A DNA stretch of 64,000 nt, from contig VJWM01000223.1 of assembly GCA_010909165.1 (NCBI GenBank), positions 124,001-188,000 on the forward strand, in the 5' to 3' direction. Shown piece after piece: positions 35,703 to 50,400 of this stretch. Position 1 is the stretch's first letter; the number at the start of each line of letters is the position of its first letter. Made by a program: the position numbers and the translations under genes. The notes beneath the pieces were generated by a model. That model was not told the origin of the DNA. It made no database searches and was given only the letters and a program-made list of their open reading frames with translations. This DNA comes from Anthoceros angustus. Lineage: Eukaryota; Plantae; Anthocerotophyta.

Positions 35703-37607
35703 CTAGCAGGCATCGGGATGGGGATGGAGCTGCAAGCTCTCGTCGCTGCTGACGACGCCGGGCTCCCGCTCTATCTTCACTATCAGCGGAGTCTGCAGAT
35801 CAGAATCCGCTGTGTCCAGCACCACCACCGCAGTATCTCCAGCGCTTTCATCCACAGCTCTTTTCAGCTCATCCCTTGCTATCCGGGTTATAAGCACCAC
35901 GGCCACCACTGTCAAGAGAAAACACAACGATTCAGCCGTCAGTTTACATTTGTTAGTCAAAACAAACACTGGACTTCTTCTTCAGACCCCCCTTTGTTTT
36001 TGGGGTGGATGGGTTTTTCCCATCTCTTTTCAATAATAAAATCTCCTTTTTTTTCTTCAGACTGGACTTACCGGTTGACAATAATCCTACGATGAGGAGC
36101 ACCTGCCAGAGAGAAACATTGGGTTGAGTCGTCCATGAGGGAAAAAAATGGTTCAAGGAGAGAGACTTGTGGATCGTGTGGAGAGCATCATACCCAGCGG
36201 AAAGGGGTGAACTCGCTGCCACCGTGGGCTATATCTGAAATATCCTTGATGGTGGTCCCCACGTAAACTAAGGCTAGAGTCACGGGCTGCAAGCATCAGG
36301 TAGACAAGGAACGTGTGCATGAAAAATTGGAAACGGGGAGGGTAATGTTTTAGCCTGTGCAGGGAGCATTAACACGGTGAACGGAATGAGCGAATGCATT
36401 TTTCCCAAAGAGAAAAAAAGCTCAAAAGATGCAGACAAACCTTACCATCATGCCGATGTAGGAGCCAAGTACGTAACTGTAAAGGCTCACTGGCGTCACC
36501 GAGAGCAGGTAGTTTAGAACATTGAATGGAAGAAGAGGTACGAGTCGCAAGAGTAAGACAATCTGTAGACACGCCACACAGACAAGACAGTGAAGTGAAG
36601 TCACGTAAGGCCAGGTTACCACGGATGCTCATCCGTGATGACATAAGGAACTGGATACTGGAGCAAACAAGAAATGTAGAGGGTGAGAGGAGGACCTTAA
36701 ATCCGGATTTTTGAACAGCAATGGCGACAGCTTGAAACTGGGGATAGTCTTTCAATTTGGAGGTGACGTAACTTCTGCCAATCTGTCCAGCAATTTTTGT
36801 CCGTCAGGAAGGCTTCCTCACAGGACCAAACAGACCACGAAAGTCAGCCAGCTACGGTATTACTCGCAGCCTGAAGAATGAATCCACGGCCAACCACTAT
36901 CCCACAACATGAGTAAAGGACTGGCTAATTGATGCACGTACTGTCTTGCCAACAAGGAAAGCAGCTGTGGCGCCAGCTGTAGCTCCAATACAGTCAGTTG
37001 CGAAGCCTTTCAGTAGGCCAAAAAGGTAGCCACCACCTAACTGCAGGGTAAAATTCATGCATTGTAAAAGGCGCATCAAAAGATGATGCTTCAGCCTACT
37101 CAAGGGTTACCAAGGGCTCCAAGAATCAGAAAAGAAGCAACATACTGTTAGTATAGATGCAGGAATAGCCAGAATCGTGCAGGGGATGTAAGCGAGTGCC
37201 CTACACACAAGACAAGGAGCGCAGGATACAAAGTCTCAGAATCCCTGCACCCTTTGTATGTCCTGTTAACAATCTGGGACGGTGTGGGTGGGTCAAGGGG
37301 GCGTAACAAAAGATGGAAGTAGTTTGCAAGGTGAAGGCACTTACAGAACAGCTGGGCCCCAAGGACCCACATCCTTTTGCACCCAAACGAGGAACTTGTA
37401 GAAGATCTGCGCAGAAATCCCAGCGGTGTGTGAGCAGAGGCAAGAAGGAGATTTTCTTTGGATTGAGAGCAACATGTGCAGCAAAGGGCAGGGCAGGAGG
37501 AGGCAACTGACCTTTTCGACGGGAAATGTGAAGCAGGCTACGAGAGCAGAAGCGAGGAAGAGTATGAGCACGGATGCTCGCCAGATAGTGGACCAGTGTG
37601 GCCTCAT
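35703..37607 (-). CDS. TVP38/TMEM64 family (SNARE-associated Golgi) membrane protein
   Basis: MRPHWSTIWRASVLILFLASALVACFTFPVEK, LGGGYLFG, MKDYPQFQAVAIAVQKSGFK, LLLRLVPLLPFNVLNYLLSVTP, C-terminal DLQTPLIVKIE. Confidence 0.92.
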
Positions 37608-38423
37608 CTTTGTGAATCTATGGAGACGCCTAAGGCTGCCAGTGTTGGTGAGGAGGGCCCGCTTGCCGGGCACACGGGCCCTCAGAAGACCTAAAGTCGC
37701 CAGGCTGCAGCAGTAGAATAAAATCGAGGCAGCGGATGCAAATCAGGCCAGCCGTGTGTGCCATTCCATGCGAGTCGCGGACTTGGGAGTCAGGAGCGAG
37801 CGATGTTGAATTAGGTTGGACAGTTGCTTGATAGATCAGCAAACAACAACCGGGGGAGGAGGTGGGGAACGGAGACGGCAAAGGGAGACGTTCGCCAGCA
37901 CAAGGGAAGGGAAGCGAAGCGAACGCTCTTGAAGGCAATTGCGCCTTTGAAAGGAAGGAACAGCACAAGGAAAGAACGACGAACCAAGACAACAAATTTA
38001 CTAATCAGCCCTTGGACAGCGCACAATCCCCATCTTTTTGCCGTATTAGGGCCTAGTATTCTCTACCAAGGATTGCGTGAAAAAACTAGGTAACTATTCC
38101 ATTCACATTAAGCAGGTGCAATGCATTGGGCATGCAAGCTCAGTCTAAAAAAGCCATTTACAAACGAACCCGGCTGTCGGGCAAGTCAAATTTGCGCCAA
38201 CTTCACTAACTGTCCTCTGGTTCCTTTCCACAGAAATGGATTCCTCAAACAATATCTAAGACGGCGACTGTAAGCTGTTGGTGAGTAACTGCGGCCGCAT
38301 ACCAAAAGCCTTCAGCTACCGAAGTCCTACATATCTACTGCGCGAAAAAATATTCGACAGACAGCTCCACTACTAATCGCTGCCCCGGCTACATGACAAA
38401 ACCCCAGGGATCCTTAACCAAAA

Positions 38424-41400
38424 CCAAAACCCTCGCTTGCTTCATGGATTGCCAGCAAAAGTCGCTCTTCCAATTGTTCCTTGGATGAGTACTCCGGCAA
38501 GTCAAGCTGATTGAAACTGCGCACATCATAATAACACCAGGTCCATCAACGGCGTCACATTCCAAAGCCACAACATGATCAAGAGACCAGGAAGGTAAAA
38601 GCACGTACCATGTATGTGCAGAGGGCAGGCGCTCAGGTGCACCATAGGCCTTATGTATTTGGAATCTCTGAGGACCAGATATGCCCTGCAAAGCCCTGAA
38701 ACCCTCCAAAGGTACCTGGATTGTACCCGAAACAATTATTTCTCTGTTGTCACCCTATTTAGACACAACAGCCCATACTACATGCCAACAGTACATACCT
38801 TAGAAGTACCAGTGATGAACTGCAACAAACGTGCCATATCTTCTTTGTTGAATGCACGGACAACATCCCAAAACCACTGAACAACAGCAGATGCTGCACT
38901 ATATCCAGTGTACTCTGTATTTGCTTTCAAATCCTCCACTACACATCCAACGAGTACAGGTTGGAGCAGAGTTAGGACAGTTTTTCTACAGGTTAAGCTG
39001 TTTAGAGGAGGAAGTTCCAAATTGCAACATGGTGATAGAAAACTCACAATCAATTTCAGGGAGACCACTTATCAAAAGCTCCAACTCCTTGTCATTGAAA
39101 ATGGAGATAAGCTCTCTGGAAACCAGCTCATTGAACCCATCCAAAAATGCTGTTATCTGAGGACGAATGGCAGTCGTAAGCCGATGCTCTGCCACAAGAT
39201 CAACATATTCATGCTTGTTCTCCTCCGTAACTCGGATGGAACGCCCACCAGGTACAAGTTCATAATCTGTCACCTACAGCCACAAATTCACACACACCAG
39301 ATTATTACCTCACCTTCCAAGGATTTATAGCTGCCACAAAAACAGTTGCACCCCATAATCTGGACGGAGTTACCTCAGTCTTCTCATACAATATATGCTT
39401 CTCTTCATCAGCATCCATACTGAACACAAGACCCAAACTCTCACTGCTCTCATTCTGCAAAACACAATTTTGTACAAGGATGAACGCCAATGAACAGTAG
39501 AAGCTTCATTTGAACTAGATTTCGACCGTCAACAGGTCAAGCAGCACACCTCCAACATCCACTTCAAACTCTTATAGTAGTCAGGATCAGTAGCCTCAAT
39601 ATCATGGTAGGTGACCTTCACTCCCAGTATGTGCTTGTAAAACGATCTTGTGAAATATACATCAAGCAACTGCCCATCAAACAGCGCCTTCGCCACCTGG
39701 AATTGAAATCAACAACCAAACTATAAGAAACACAGCTTCAGGGTGACGAATAGCCCGTCATGCTCCATGTTGTGATTGAAACGTACCACTCGACCCACAA
39801 ACTTGAAGTATGACAGATGCTCAGTCTGGAAGACTGAATTTGCATTGGGCTGAAAGGTAGACTCGTTCCCAACAGTTGTAAACAGCAAAGCTCCCTTGTC
39901 AAATACCACTCGAGAAAGTAACTGATACCATTCACGTGTCAGTCCACCAGCATCAATCCCTTCCTCACCCTGGAACTGGACAGTCAAACGGCCCTTCAGC
40001 TCATCTGGAGTGCGCATCCTCAGCTGATTATACGAGTCCTCCAGGACATAGGCTCTACGCACACAGATGCGCAAGGGTGCATAATGCTGCTGCTCATGCT
40101 GTTGTCTTATCCGAGATCGGAAATAAGCCCTCTTGTTATCAAAGTCGATCAACCTGGGAGTCTTCAACATCAAAGACAACGACTTCTCAAGCAAGCCTGG
40201 ATTCTGACGAACAAAGGCATTCAACAGACGCCGATGCCTGTCTGCAAAGCGAGTGAAGGTCATTCCCTTCTCATCAGGCTTCTTTGGCTGCAGCGGAGGA
40301 GATCTTGGAGTGATAACGCTAGCTCCTGATGTTGAGGCAGAAGAACTGGCAGCCTCCTTTATCTCTCGGGCCGTAGCAGTACTTGGTTCCTGTCCACTTG
40401 GAGGTGGTCCGGATCTCAGCTTCTCACACAGGACGAAAAAGGCCTCCACGAATGGCAAAACTTTTTGAGTTCCTGGAGGCAGAGGTGGAGCTACTGCAGC
40501 AGCACCCACTGAAGCAGCTGCGACGGCAGCACTACTTGAGGTTGCCATTGCTGATGTGTTACCTAGCCTACACTCTATCTTGCCGACACACAAGCTTAAT
40601 CCACACCATAACCTCTCAAGGTCCCCATTCAAATCTCTGACTAGAATCATGCCATCCTCTTGCTCCTTCTCAAAGGGAGCATCCTGACCCTTCTCTCTCT
40701 CTGCTCCGCTAATACCAGTGAGGGCACTCAAAGCCTGTAACACTCGCAGAATAGCAGCTCCAGCCATAGACGACGTGCTCACCACCACATTCTCTGCATC
40801 TGCTAAACTCTGTAATTCACCGACAGCAGGACCACTCAGCACTCGTGCAGCATCTGCCAGCTCTGTAACAAAAAGCCGCCGATGCAAGGGTGCCGCAATT
40901 GCAAGCTTCTTTAGAACCTCTGCAACTCGAGAGTATGCCATATCTGACAGCCTGCAACCAACAGATTATTAACCACCTATCGTGGAGGTGATCTATAAAT
41001 TTATGCAGCTATTAACAGCAGGAATACTAAGCTGAAAATAAGATGGCCTAGATATGTCCATCTAGGCAAAAGGTCTCCTACAGTTAAGCTCTTGAAGCAC
41101 AGTTGCCACACATCCACACTTACCCTTCACGAGCTAAAAGCTTGCACAAGTTGCGAAGCTCTGGCTCCGGCAGACTGAGGAGAACAGTTTCTGCATCCAT
41201 TTTCTGATCTGAACCAGATGTTGAAGCCTCCAAAGGCTCCGCAGAATTGTTCTCAGCCTCAGCTGTTCCATCTGGTCTTGGTGCATCAGCTGCTGCGGTC
41301 GTCCCCTCTGGCTCAGGTTGACTACTGGCACCATTTTCTGGATCTGCACCTTTTCCCAAGGCTGGTTCTGAAACCGCCAAAGCAGGCTTAGGAACAGAAT

Positions 41401-44400
41401 CAGCGGCCTTTGTCCGGGACCGCAGCTCTGCCTTCACTCCCGCATTAGTCGTTACAACCTCAAGGAGACCCATAACCTGTACTCCACAACAAAACATAAA
41501 TAACGTAAATTATGAGTTAAACATGAACGAAAGCATTATGAACACAAAAACTGCAGCCTACCTGCTCCAAGTGGGCACTGCTTCTTGAGTAAAGGGGCTG
41601 ATTCAGCAGTTTCAACAGCAAAATCAGGGGGACTTCCCCTTTCCTTCTCCGCTCAGTAACCTCCACAGCAACAGCTCCATCCACAAGCTTTGCTTTGCCT
41701 TTCTCCTTCTTCAACTCATTTGATTTCTGCTGCTCTGGTGTTCCAGAAGAACCATTGACAGGATCCAAATACAGTAGCAGACTCGCCACAGCAGAATGGT
41801 TTCTGGCCAAGTACGTCAGGATCTCCAGAACTCTGCGTGACACAAGGGGTGGAACACCTGCAACAAACACAGGATATTTGAATCAAAATCAAACTTCCAA
41901 ACACTTCGAAAACGTAGGTCCAACCAGGATCTAGAAGTTTGGAGGGCAAGTGGTAAAGGAATAACTACTACCATCAGATGATTGTGATCGAGCATATACA
42001 ATGTTCCATTGGCAACCATAGAGTCCCTGCGATGGCGCTCCACCAGCTGTCCCAGTAGACCCGACCTCAGCCTCTGGCCGTAGCATGTCCAAGAGCAACT
42101 GGAGCAATGTTACTCGCGTAACACTGTGAGCGCAGAGATTTAGAAGCAGGCGTTGGAGGAGTCCCTTTCCAAGGGGCTGTACCTCAGCAAACAGGAAAAC
42201 AGGAATTAGTGAACATTCCTGGAAGTCAGAGAACTTGTGAAAGAAGAACAAGTTGTTGGCCAACAAGGCGCACAAGGAGCAACCTGTGCAAGCCTTAGGA
42301 GGCGCAGCATTGCCTTCAAAGCTGCTGTATCTACAAGAGGTTTCCCTTCTGCTTCCTTCATGCGTCCACTCCCACCAATAGGTACACCTGTTCTTCGTGC
42401 AGTCTGAAGAGCTTGAACTCCGCCTATACCCCGTTCAATTCCAGAAGGCCCTATACCAGGACCAACACTTATGTTGTTCCTTCGATTAGCAATCCTGTTA
42501 GCTCCTCCATATAGGCCCCTTGCCTGATACTGATTCATTGCCCGTTCACGCAGCAATTGAGCTTCCGCAAGGAGAGCAGGAGGCAGAGCAGCCAACACAG
42601 CCTCAGAAGATGTCAGAAGCACCTGCACAATCAAGCAATATGTTAGCAGCATAAGCAGGAGAACTTTCACATTTGAAACGTTCCAATGTCTGGCTCTGAC
42701 AAGGAAACCACACAACAGTATATCCATACACAGGTTCAACGGCCCTGCAATCACCCTCACCTCTTCCCGAAGCTCAGCTGGAAAGGTGGCAATAATAGAT
42801 GCACTGTCCATGTCCACTGGCTGGCCCTCTATCTGCTGTGCCTGAACAATCCTTTGTGCTCGCTGTTGTGCAAGTACTTCTGCTTGAATATCTGGAGGCA
42901 AAGCTGCTAAAAACTCAGGATCAATATCCTCAGAGGGGGGCGGCATGTGATTCACAGGTCTCGCCACCTGTGTCTGCTGAGAGGCCAATACTTCAGCTCG
43001 CAAGTCCTCAGGAAGAGCCTCAAGAAAAGTAGGATCTATGGAGTTAACAGCTGCATTCCCACCATCCCCACTCCTAGTCTCCACACCAACCACTTGGGCA
43101 TCTTCACCAGTGGTTGTGTTCACAACGGGAACTGCAGCATCCACTGTCATACCCTCACTACCATTACCAGCAGCTCCAGCTGCCTCCATGTCCTCATCTG
43201 CATCACCATCCCCTACTCTTGGATTACTACTCTCTGCTCTTGGAAGACCTTCAGCTCCTCCAGCAGAAGGCACATCTCCAGCACTTAGCCTGTCTTGTCC
43301 TCCTTGCCGATCCCCTTCATCATGACCATCGGCACTACCTATTTCTACCTCCAGACTACGAAGACTTTCCCCTACAGTAGCTCCACTGCCTCCACTATCC
43401 TGACTACCAGCTTCTGTATCTTGGACTGCTGGCTCATCCCTGTTCTCTTGCATCTGTACATCCAACCCGGAATGTCCTGGTCCTATTGGCACTTGCTCGG
43501 GTGGACTCTGCTCACTGGTTTGAGGGGGATCAGATGCATTGCTGCCGTGACCCACACCGATATCTCCATCTGAGCTTTGAGGCTCTGTATGTACATGCCC
43601 TTCAAGGCCTTCATTTACACTTCCCTCTGTTGCCCTAGAAGGGGCCTCTCCCCCAGCCACCCCAGTAGCTTCCACATCCTCAGGGACATTAGTATCTGCA
43701 GGGCCAGAACTTGCAGGCACGTTCACAGCAGCAGTAATCCCAGCAGGTTGTGAATCACCTGGAGATAGCAGACGAAGCTGTGAAATAAACTGCTCCTCAA
43801 TAGCAGATGCAACCGCAGCAGCCTGTGCCCCAGCTTGTGGCTGTCCATCATCTGTCCAGCTACTCAAACGACCATCAATTCGACCACCCCTTCTACCCAT
43901 CAGATACACTGGGTCCATTGAGAAGTCAAGGAGAGGGGGAGGAGCAACACCCCTTTCCCCAAAGAGCATATCACCGGCTTGATCTAACATTGGTCCATCA
44001 TACATGTAAAAGTGAGTCACATCAAACCCACCACCCCCCAACATAGCTTCTGCATCCCTGACCAGAGAAGTAGTAGGCCACATAGTTTGTGAAATAACTC
44101 CTGCTAAGCCTGGCCCTGCAGTGGGTACAGGCCGAGTTAGAAGAGGGTGGTTGAAAGCACCACCCCGTTCTCCAACAGGCCGCTCTTGGAAAGTCCTGTA
44201 TGGAGGAGGCCTCCTTCCTCGGTTATCAGCGGCCCCTTGACGACGGAAAGAGCCAAACACGTCATCCATGTTCATAGCTTGGAAGGGATCACCTGGAAAA
44301 TCCACTACACTGGTACCACCTGCTTGTCCCAGAACCTGGACATGATTCAGTCCAGTCAAGCCATCTCGCCAACGGACCTCAATGACACGATCTGCCTGCC

Positions 44401-47400
44401 AATCATCCTCCTCATCTTCTTCCTCAACCATGTCTTCCTCGTATTCATCCCCTATCCCAAGCTCTTCCTGATCCTCAACATCCGTGTCAGGAGGGGACAA
44501 ATGCGGGACACCTTCACCTTCCATGTCGTCCTCATCCTCCTCCTCCTCCTCCTCCTCCTCTTCATCTTCCTCATGTTCATCAGCCTCATCTCCATCCATG
44601 TCGTCTTCTTCCTCCTCATCTCCAACATCATCAGCCACATGCTCCATCCTATATGCCATTTCTGCCATTTCTGCAGCAGCATCCTCCACATCCTCGTCAC
44701 CTGCTTGCATAATATCCTCTGCAAGTGCATCCAGCTCAACACCCAGGCGAGGCACTCCATCCACACTCCTTTCCATCCTTGTGTCTTCATCCATTTGCTC
44801 ATCTCTAGCACTGACTGCAGTGACAGCACCAATAAGACGATTTGCCTCCAATGTTGCCTGCTCAACAGACATTTCTCTCATCCCATCATCACTTCCCTGT
44901 TCTGGCAGTTCAGTTTGTCTTACTATGTCTGCCAAAATCACAGAAGGCCCAGAGCCTCTAACCTCCCCAGCCCGACCAACTGCCGCAGTTCGTCTCTGGC
45001 TGCCACCATCAGGACCACCAGAATGTTCACCAGCACTGGCAGATCGAGTCAGGGCTTCCAGTGATTTCAGAACACAATTTACAAGCTTTGGAGCATCAGG
45101 ATGATCAAGATCAATAACCTGCAGTGTGCTTGTCAATGCTTGCACCATCCCAGCTTCCATCATCGTCTTTGCCATGTCTGAGGAAAACCCTGGAGCTTGT
45201 GTGTTGCCTGATGAAGGGTGAGATGACAGTATAGAACTCACCAGTTCCACAAAAGCCCGAACTTTCCTGTTCGGCTGTTGCAGGCCCCTGGATGCTTTCA
45301 TTTCTGCACCCGCTGCTGCTGCAGACAGGGCCCTTGCAATCTCCACAACAACACGCCTTCTCCCTTCTCCTGAACGGACACAAACAGCCATCAGAAAGTA
45401 GCCTGCTTTATCTGATAGCTTCTCCCTCCACTCATCTTCATTCAGCTTCTCAGCTCCCTTGCTCCCTGCAGTAGGAAGTAGCCTGTGGAGTACATGATAA
45501 AGCAGGCCTCCATGGCCAATGGCATCCACTCCTCCTTGTGAAGGGCCTCGACTTTGACTGCTTTCAGAATCTCGTCGGAGAACAACGCTCACTGCTGAGA
45601 AGTACATCAGCAAAACCTCAGTCGTAAGCTTGAGAATGAAAGTAACCTTAGCAAGAGCAGCTGCACCCTCCGAGACAGTCTCCCCATCCTGTTTCACTCC
45701 ATCCGTAACTTTCGCTTTGCCCTTATCCCTGGGTGCCACATCGTCAACTTCCATTGCAGTTGCCGAACCTAAGCTGCTATCCTGAGTTGCATGATCACCC
45801 TCAACCTCTCCTGAAGGATAATGAAGAACAACTTCAAGCAACTGATCTATTACTTGAGAAAAACTGTGAGGAACTTTCTTATGACTCTTCGAAGACTTGC
45901 TAGATGGCTCTGGCAATTTTGTGCTGCCATCTGCTGCAGGCAACGAAGATCCAGCTTCAGTAAATCCTCCCTGGTGGCTATTCTTCACTCTTTCTCTCTC
46001 CTTCTCACCCTTATCCTTCTCTTTATCCTTCTCTTTCTCTCTGTCCTTCTCCTTTGCCAGGACAATAACAGGCCTTCCTGCAATGGACTCTAGCTGACAC
46101 ACAGCACTAGCAGCCTGCATGAATATTCCAGGATCTCGGGACACTACTGGAGCCATAGATGTCAAGAACATGCGAGGTGACACGCGTCCATTATGCCGAG
46201 CAAGAATAGCAACCAAAGTATGTCTTATCTCAGATTCCATAGCCTGCTGCAAGGTATGAGGATCCTCCAGGAGATGGCGAATAATGGCGGCAGCAACACT
46301 GTCAAAGCCAGAAAACAAGCAGTTCTGAGGCAAGGCCAGTAGAGCTTGCAAGCCTCCCGCATCAAGAAACTGCATTGCTACAGGGTGTGTCTTGGTAAGC
46401 CTGGCACACAACTGAAGCACAGCTTGCACAGCACTTGTTGGCAGTTGCAAGTATAAAAAGCGGCAACAAAGGGACATAGCCCTTTTCTGTTCACCATCTG
46501 TCATGTAACCTGTGGGATTTCCCAATATTGCAATAAAAGGATTGAGATCATTTTCCTTCACACCAGGAGTATCCGAACTGGGTGCATGAAGCGGAACTGC
46601 GGACCCTGACACAGCAGTAGTGCTTGCTGTTGCTGCAGTTGTTGTAGTGGAGGCATCAGTATTAATCTTCGGCTTGTATTGCAACATATGATCAAGAACC
46701 AGTAGCAGGGCACTAACCCATTTGGGCACATCAACAGGGTGATTCTCAACCTTACTGGGTGTGAAGTTCATCAATGTGTCCAGTGCTATATCCACAATGC
46801 CATTGTCAGCAGCGATCTCCCTAGCTGTGCTGTCCTCACTCAGCACCAAGGCCAGTGTATGAGCGATAGTTGACAGGGGACTTGTGTCACTAGCAGCATC
46901 CTCAGAGTTTTTCAACTGCTTCAACTGCTGAATCAAGTAAGATATGACCCTTGGCCGATCTTGACCCTTGTTTCGGTTGCACATGGTGACAAGCAAGTCT
47001 GTCAGAGGAAAAGCAACAGCATCTGTATTCTGCAGTAAATTCATGCACGTTGCTAACATGTCTTCAATTGGTGGAGCTTGTGGACAATCTTCCTCAGCAG
47101 GGACCTCCTTAGCCTTCCCCGCAGTGTCCTCCTTTACTGTGCCCTCACCACCACTAAGAGACAATGCAAGTGCACGAGCAAGTTCATCTTCCTCCTGAGC
47201 AGCTTCTTCTGGATGGCTGAAGAGCCATTCCGTGGCCATCTCCACACTATTGGCATCAACCCTTCGTAAAGCCTCCTCTGCTCTAGCCCTTGAGAAACCC
47301 ATTTCCACAATCATGGAAATGCAAGTTTCATCTGGCGGAGGTCCCATCAAGCGAACCCCTGACCCAGCAGCGCCTGTAGTTCTTGGGCCCTTCACATCTC

Positions 47401-50400
47401 CAACCCCAGAATAAATGTGGGTAACAATACCTGCAATTGCTGTGATGAATGTGGGACTACACTGTGGGAACAAAGGATTGTTCCAGACTGGCAGAATGAC
47501 TTCCAACACTTGAGCTTGAAGAGCACGAACAAAGGCCTCGGGATCTTTCGGAACTGGAACAGATCCACCAGTAACTGGTTGCACCAGCAACGGTGCCATT
47601 GAAGGTTGTGCCATTAGAAGAGATGATGTCACCAAGTGCTCCAGGAGTCTTGCATAATTTCTCAGAGTGTCCAACAACCACACATGCTCTGGTTTCTCTT
47701 CTGCCTTGTCTGTTTCCAGCTTACCATTCTCTGTGTCCATTGGAGAAGCAGATGCCTGAGCAACTGACCACAACAGCTGACTCGTTGCACTAAATGTTGC
47801 CAACAGCTCCTTCACAGCACCATGGGCATAGAGGTGGTTCACTAGCACGGTGTTACATGTCCTACGTCGACTGTCAAACACCACAGACGTCAGGTCTTCC
47901 ACCACCTTCCCTAAATACCGGCACTTGATAGAAACTTGAGCTTCTGGCAGACCTGAAGGCATTACATCTCTGAGGCTAAGATTGTCTTTCAGAAGCTTTG
48001 CAAGAGCCGAGGCCACAGATTTTGCAGCTGAACTCAGTGTTACAGCATCATCTCGGCGCCGAGAAGGAACAATCATGGCCTTGCCCAGAGCCACATATAA
48101 TCCCCGGGCTGATGACGCAAGCCTGGACAACATGTCAGCATTAACAACATCAGGAGACTTGCGCTTTCCAGATTCCTGAGCCTGGGCAGTCTCAACAAGG
48201 CCTGGAGCACTCTCCAGGTCAAGCTGCACGGCATCAGCATGGCGAGCTGCAAGCCTACCGAGACGTGCAATCTGACTAAGAGCAGACTCAGCATTTGCAG
48301 CCTGATCCCGTCTCGCCCGTCGATGTGGACCATCTGTATGCAGAACAGGAAACAAATCGGGCTCCACTCCCCAGTGAGCAGCAGGCGTATTCCGAAGAGG
48401 AACAGGATTGACGTATCGGACAACTGGAAATGCATCCTGGTCATCCTCAGACTCCCTGTTTCCAGTATTTCCTGCTGTACTTCCTCCCGGACTAGCACTC
48501 TCCGGGTCCTTTTTGATTTCCACTTTGGAGTCATCTGCCCAGGATATCTGCCATAACACCTCTCTGTGAACCTTCCCTATCTCATTCAGAACCTCTGCCC
48601 CTTGATTGCTGAGTTCAGTCATCATGGCAGCAGAGCTCCCAGCAGATCCTCTTACAAGCACAGCTGAAAGAGAAAGAAAGCACTCTGCAGAAGACAGACA
48701 TCGAACAACTTTCTGCTTAATCCCAGGCTCCAAGTCAGCCAATTTTGTCCCAGAAGCAGAACTCAAGATGCTCAGCGTTGATCTCAAGTGCTCCTTCAAA
48801 GCTCCACATACAGCTCTAGTGAGAGCAGTTGCATGCTGGGGTGAAAAAGCACGAAAGGTTACAGACATGTTGTGGGCAGTGGGGGAGCCACCAAAAGAAA
48901 CAGGAAGATGCGGTAAAGTGTACAGCTGCAATAGCGCCTCAATGCCTTTCTTCTCAATGAACACCCTACTAGTGTCAGCATTTTGCAATATTGATTCCAA
49001 CAACCGCACAGCATTGTTGATACACTCAGGAAGGAATGTTTCCAGGTTAGAGCTGGAGGCTTCAGCCCCAGGTTCAGCCACTTGCTGAGAAGATCCTGCT
49101 CTGCATGCCTCGTCACCAGCAGCTGGTGCTTCTATGTCCGTATCCATTGGAACAGCAACATCTGCACTGCTACTCTCCTGTGGCGAGGTTGAATTCACAT
49201 CAATGGCGCCACCAAGGGATGCAATTGTCTTCAAAATCTCAATGCAAGTGTCGATACCTGGAACTCTCAGAGATGGAGCATGGCGCATCAGCTCATCCAG
49301 TCCAGAAGCAAGAGATCCAGGAGTATCATTAGCCAGAGCCCGCAGGTATGTCTTGGAGGTGAAAATTTTCACAAAACAGGACAGAGCATTGCGATCTTTT
49401 ACTGCCTGCAACCCAGAATTATTCAGGCATAAAGCATCCAAGCTATTTGGTATGCATCCCACAGCCTCGGACGAAGGCAATACACCAGTTGTGATGGCAT
49501 CCAGAAATGCTTTGGGCAAGCCAGCAGCATCCAGCGCTGCAAAGCATGTTGGATCCTTGTGTATCAAATCACTCATCACCGATGCTGCTAAGGAGAATAC
49601 ACCACCACCAAACTCTCTAGAATGCCTGAATATAGTTGCCAAACATGCAGGTAAGGAGCTCTCCTCAGAGCCATGGAGTCGGGCAGTGCTGCCAGGGGCA
49701 TAGGTTCCCAAAGCAATCGCACGCAGCAAAGCTTTCAGCAACAGCCTTTGATGATAGGGAATCAATGATTCGGAAGGGCCAGTGACTGGCTGCTGGGCAT
49801 CCCCATCCTCGATCATTGGGGCCTTACCCTTGTTGTCAAGGGATTGCAGTTCCTCCTTGTGGCTTTTGGCACTGTCTTCAACTCTGCTTACTTCAAGCTT
49901 TAACCGTCCAATAGTGTCATCCAATCCCCCAAGATCCCTAAAAAGTGTACCTGCTGGATTGCTGTAGTCCATAAATGCCTCCAAGATGTGCACAGCGGAT
50001 GTTACAAGATGCATATGATGTGGATCCATGTCCTTAAGCAGAGGAAGAAGCGTTGGGATCAGACCCGCCTCCCTCAATGCTCCACACCCGGATGACGATG
50101 ATACAAGGACAGTGACAAGTGAAAGCAGTGCTTCCACAAACTGTACTGAACATCCGACCGTCCCACCCGTGACAGAACCCACAGCTTTCTGCATTAGACT
50201 TGGGAGAATGCCACGATGCCCACCAGCACTAATCACATTCAATACATTTGATTGCCGAGGCCTGTCTTGAGATTGTGCAGCCAAAGCAAGAACCGCCAGT
50301 ATCCTTACTTCCTCGGGCACTGAATCTTCATACCGCAAAATTGTAACTAGCTCGTTCACAAATTCCGGTTCATTGATGAAAAATGCAGTCAAGTCCTCAT

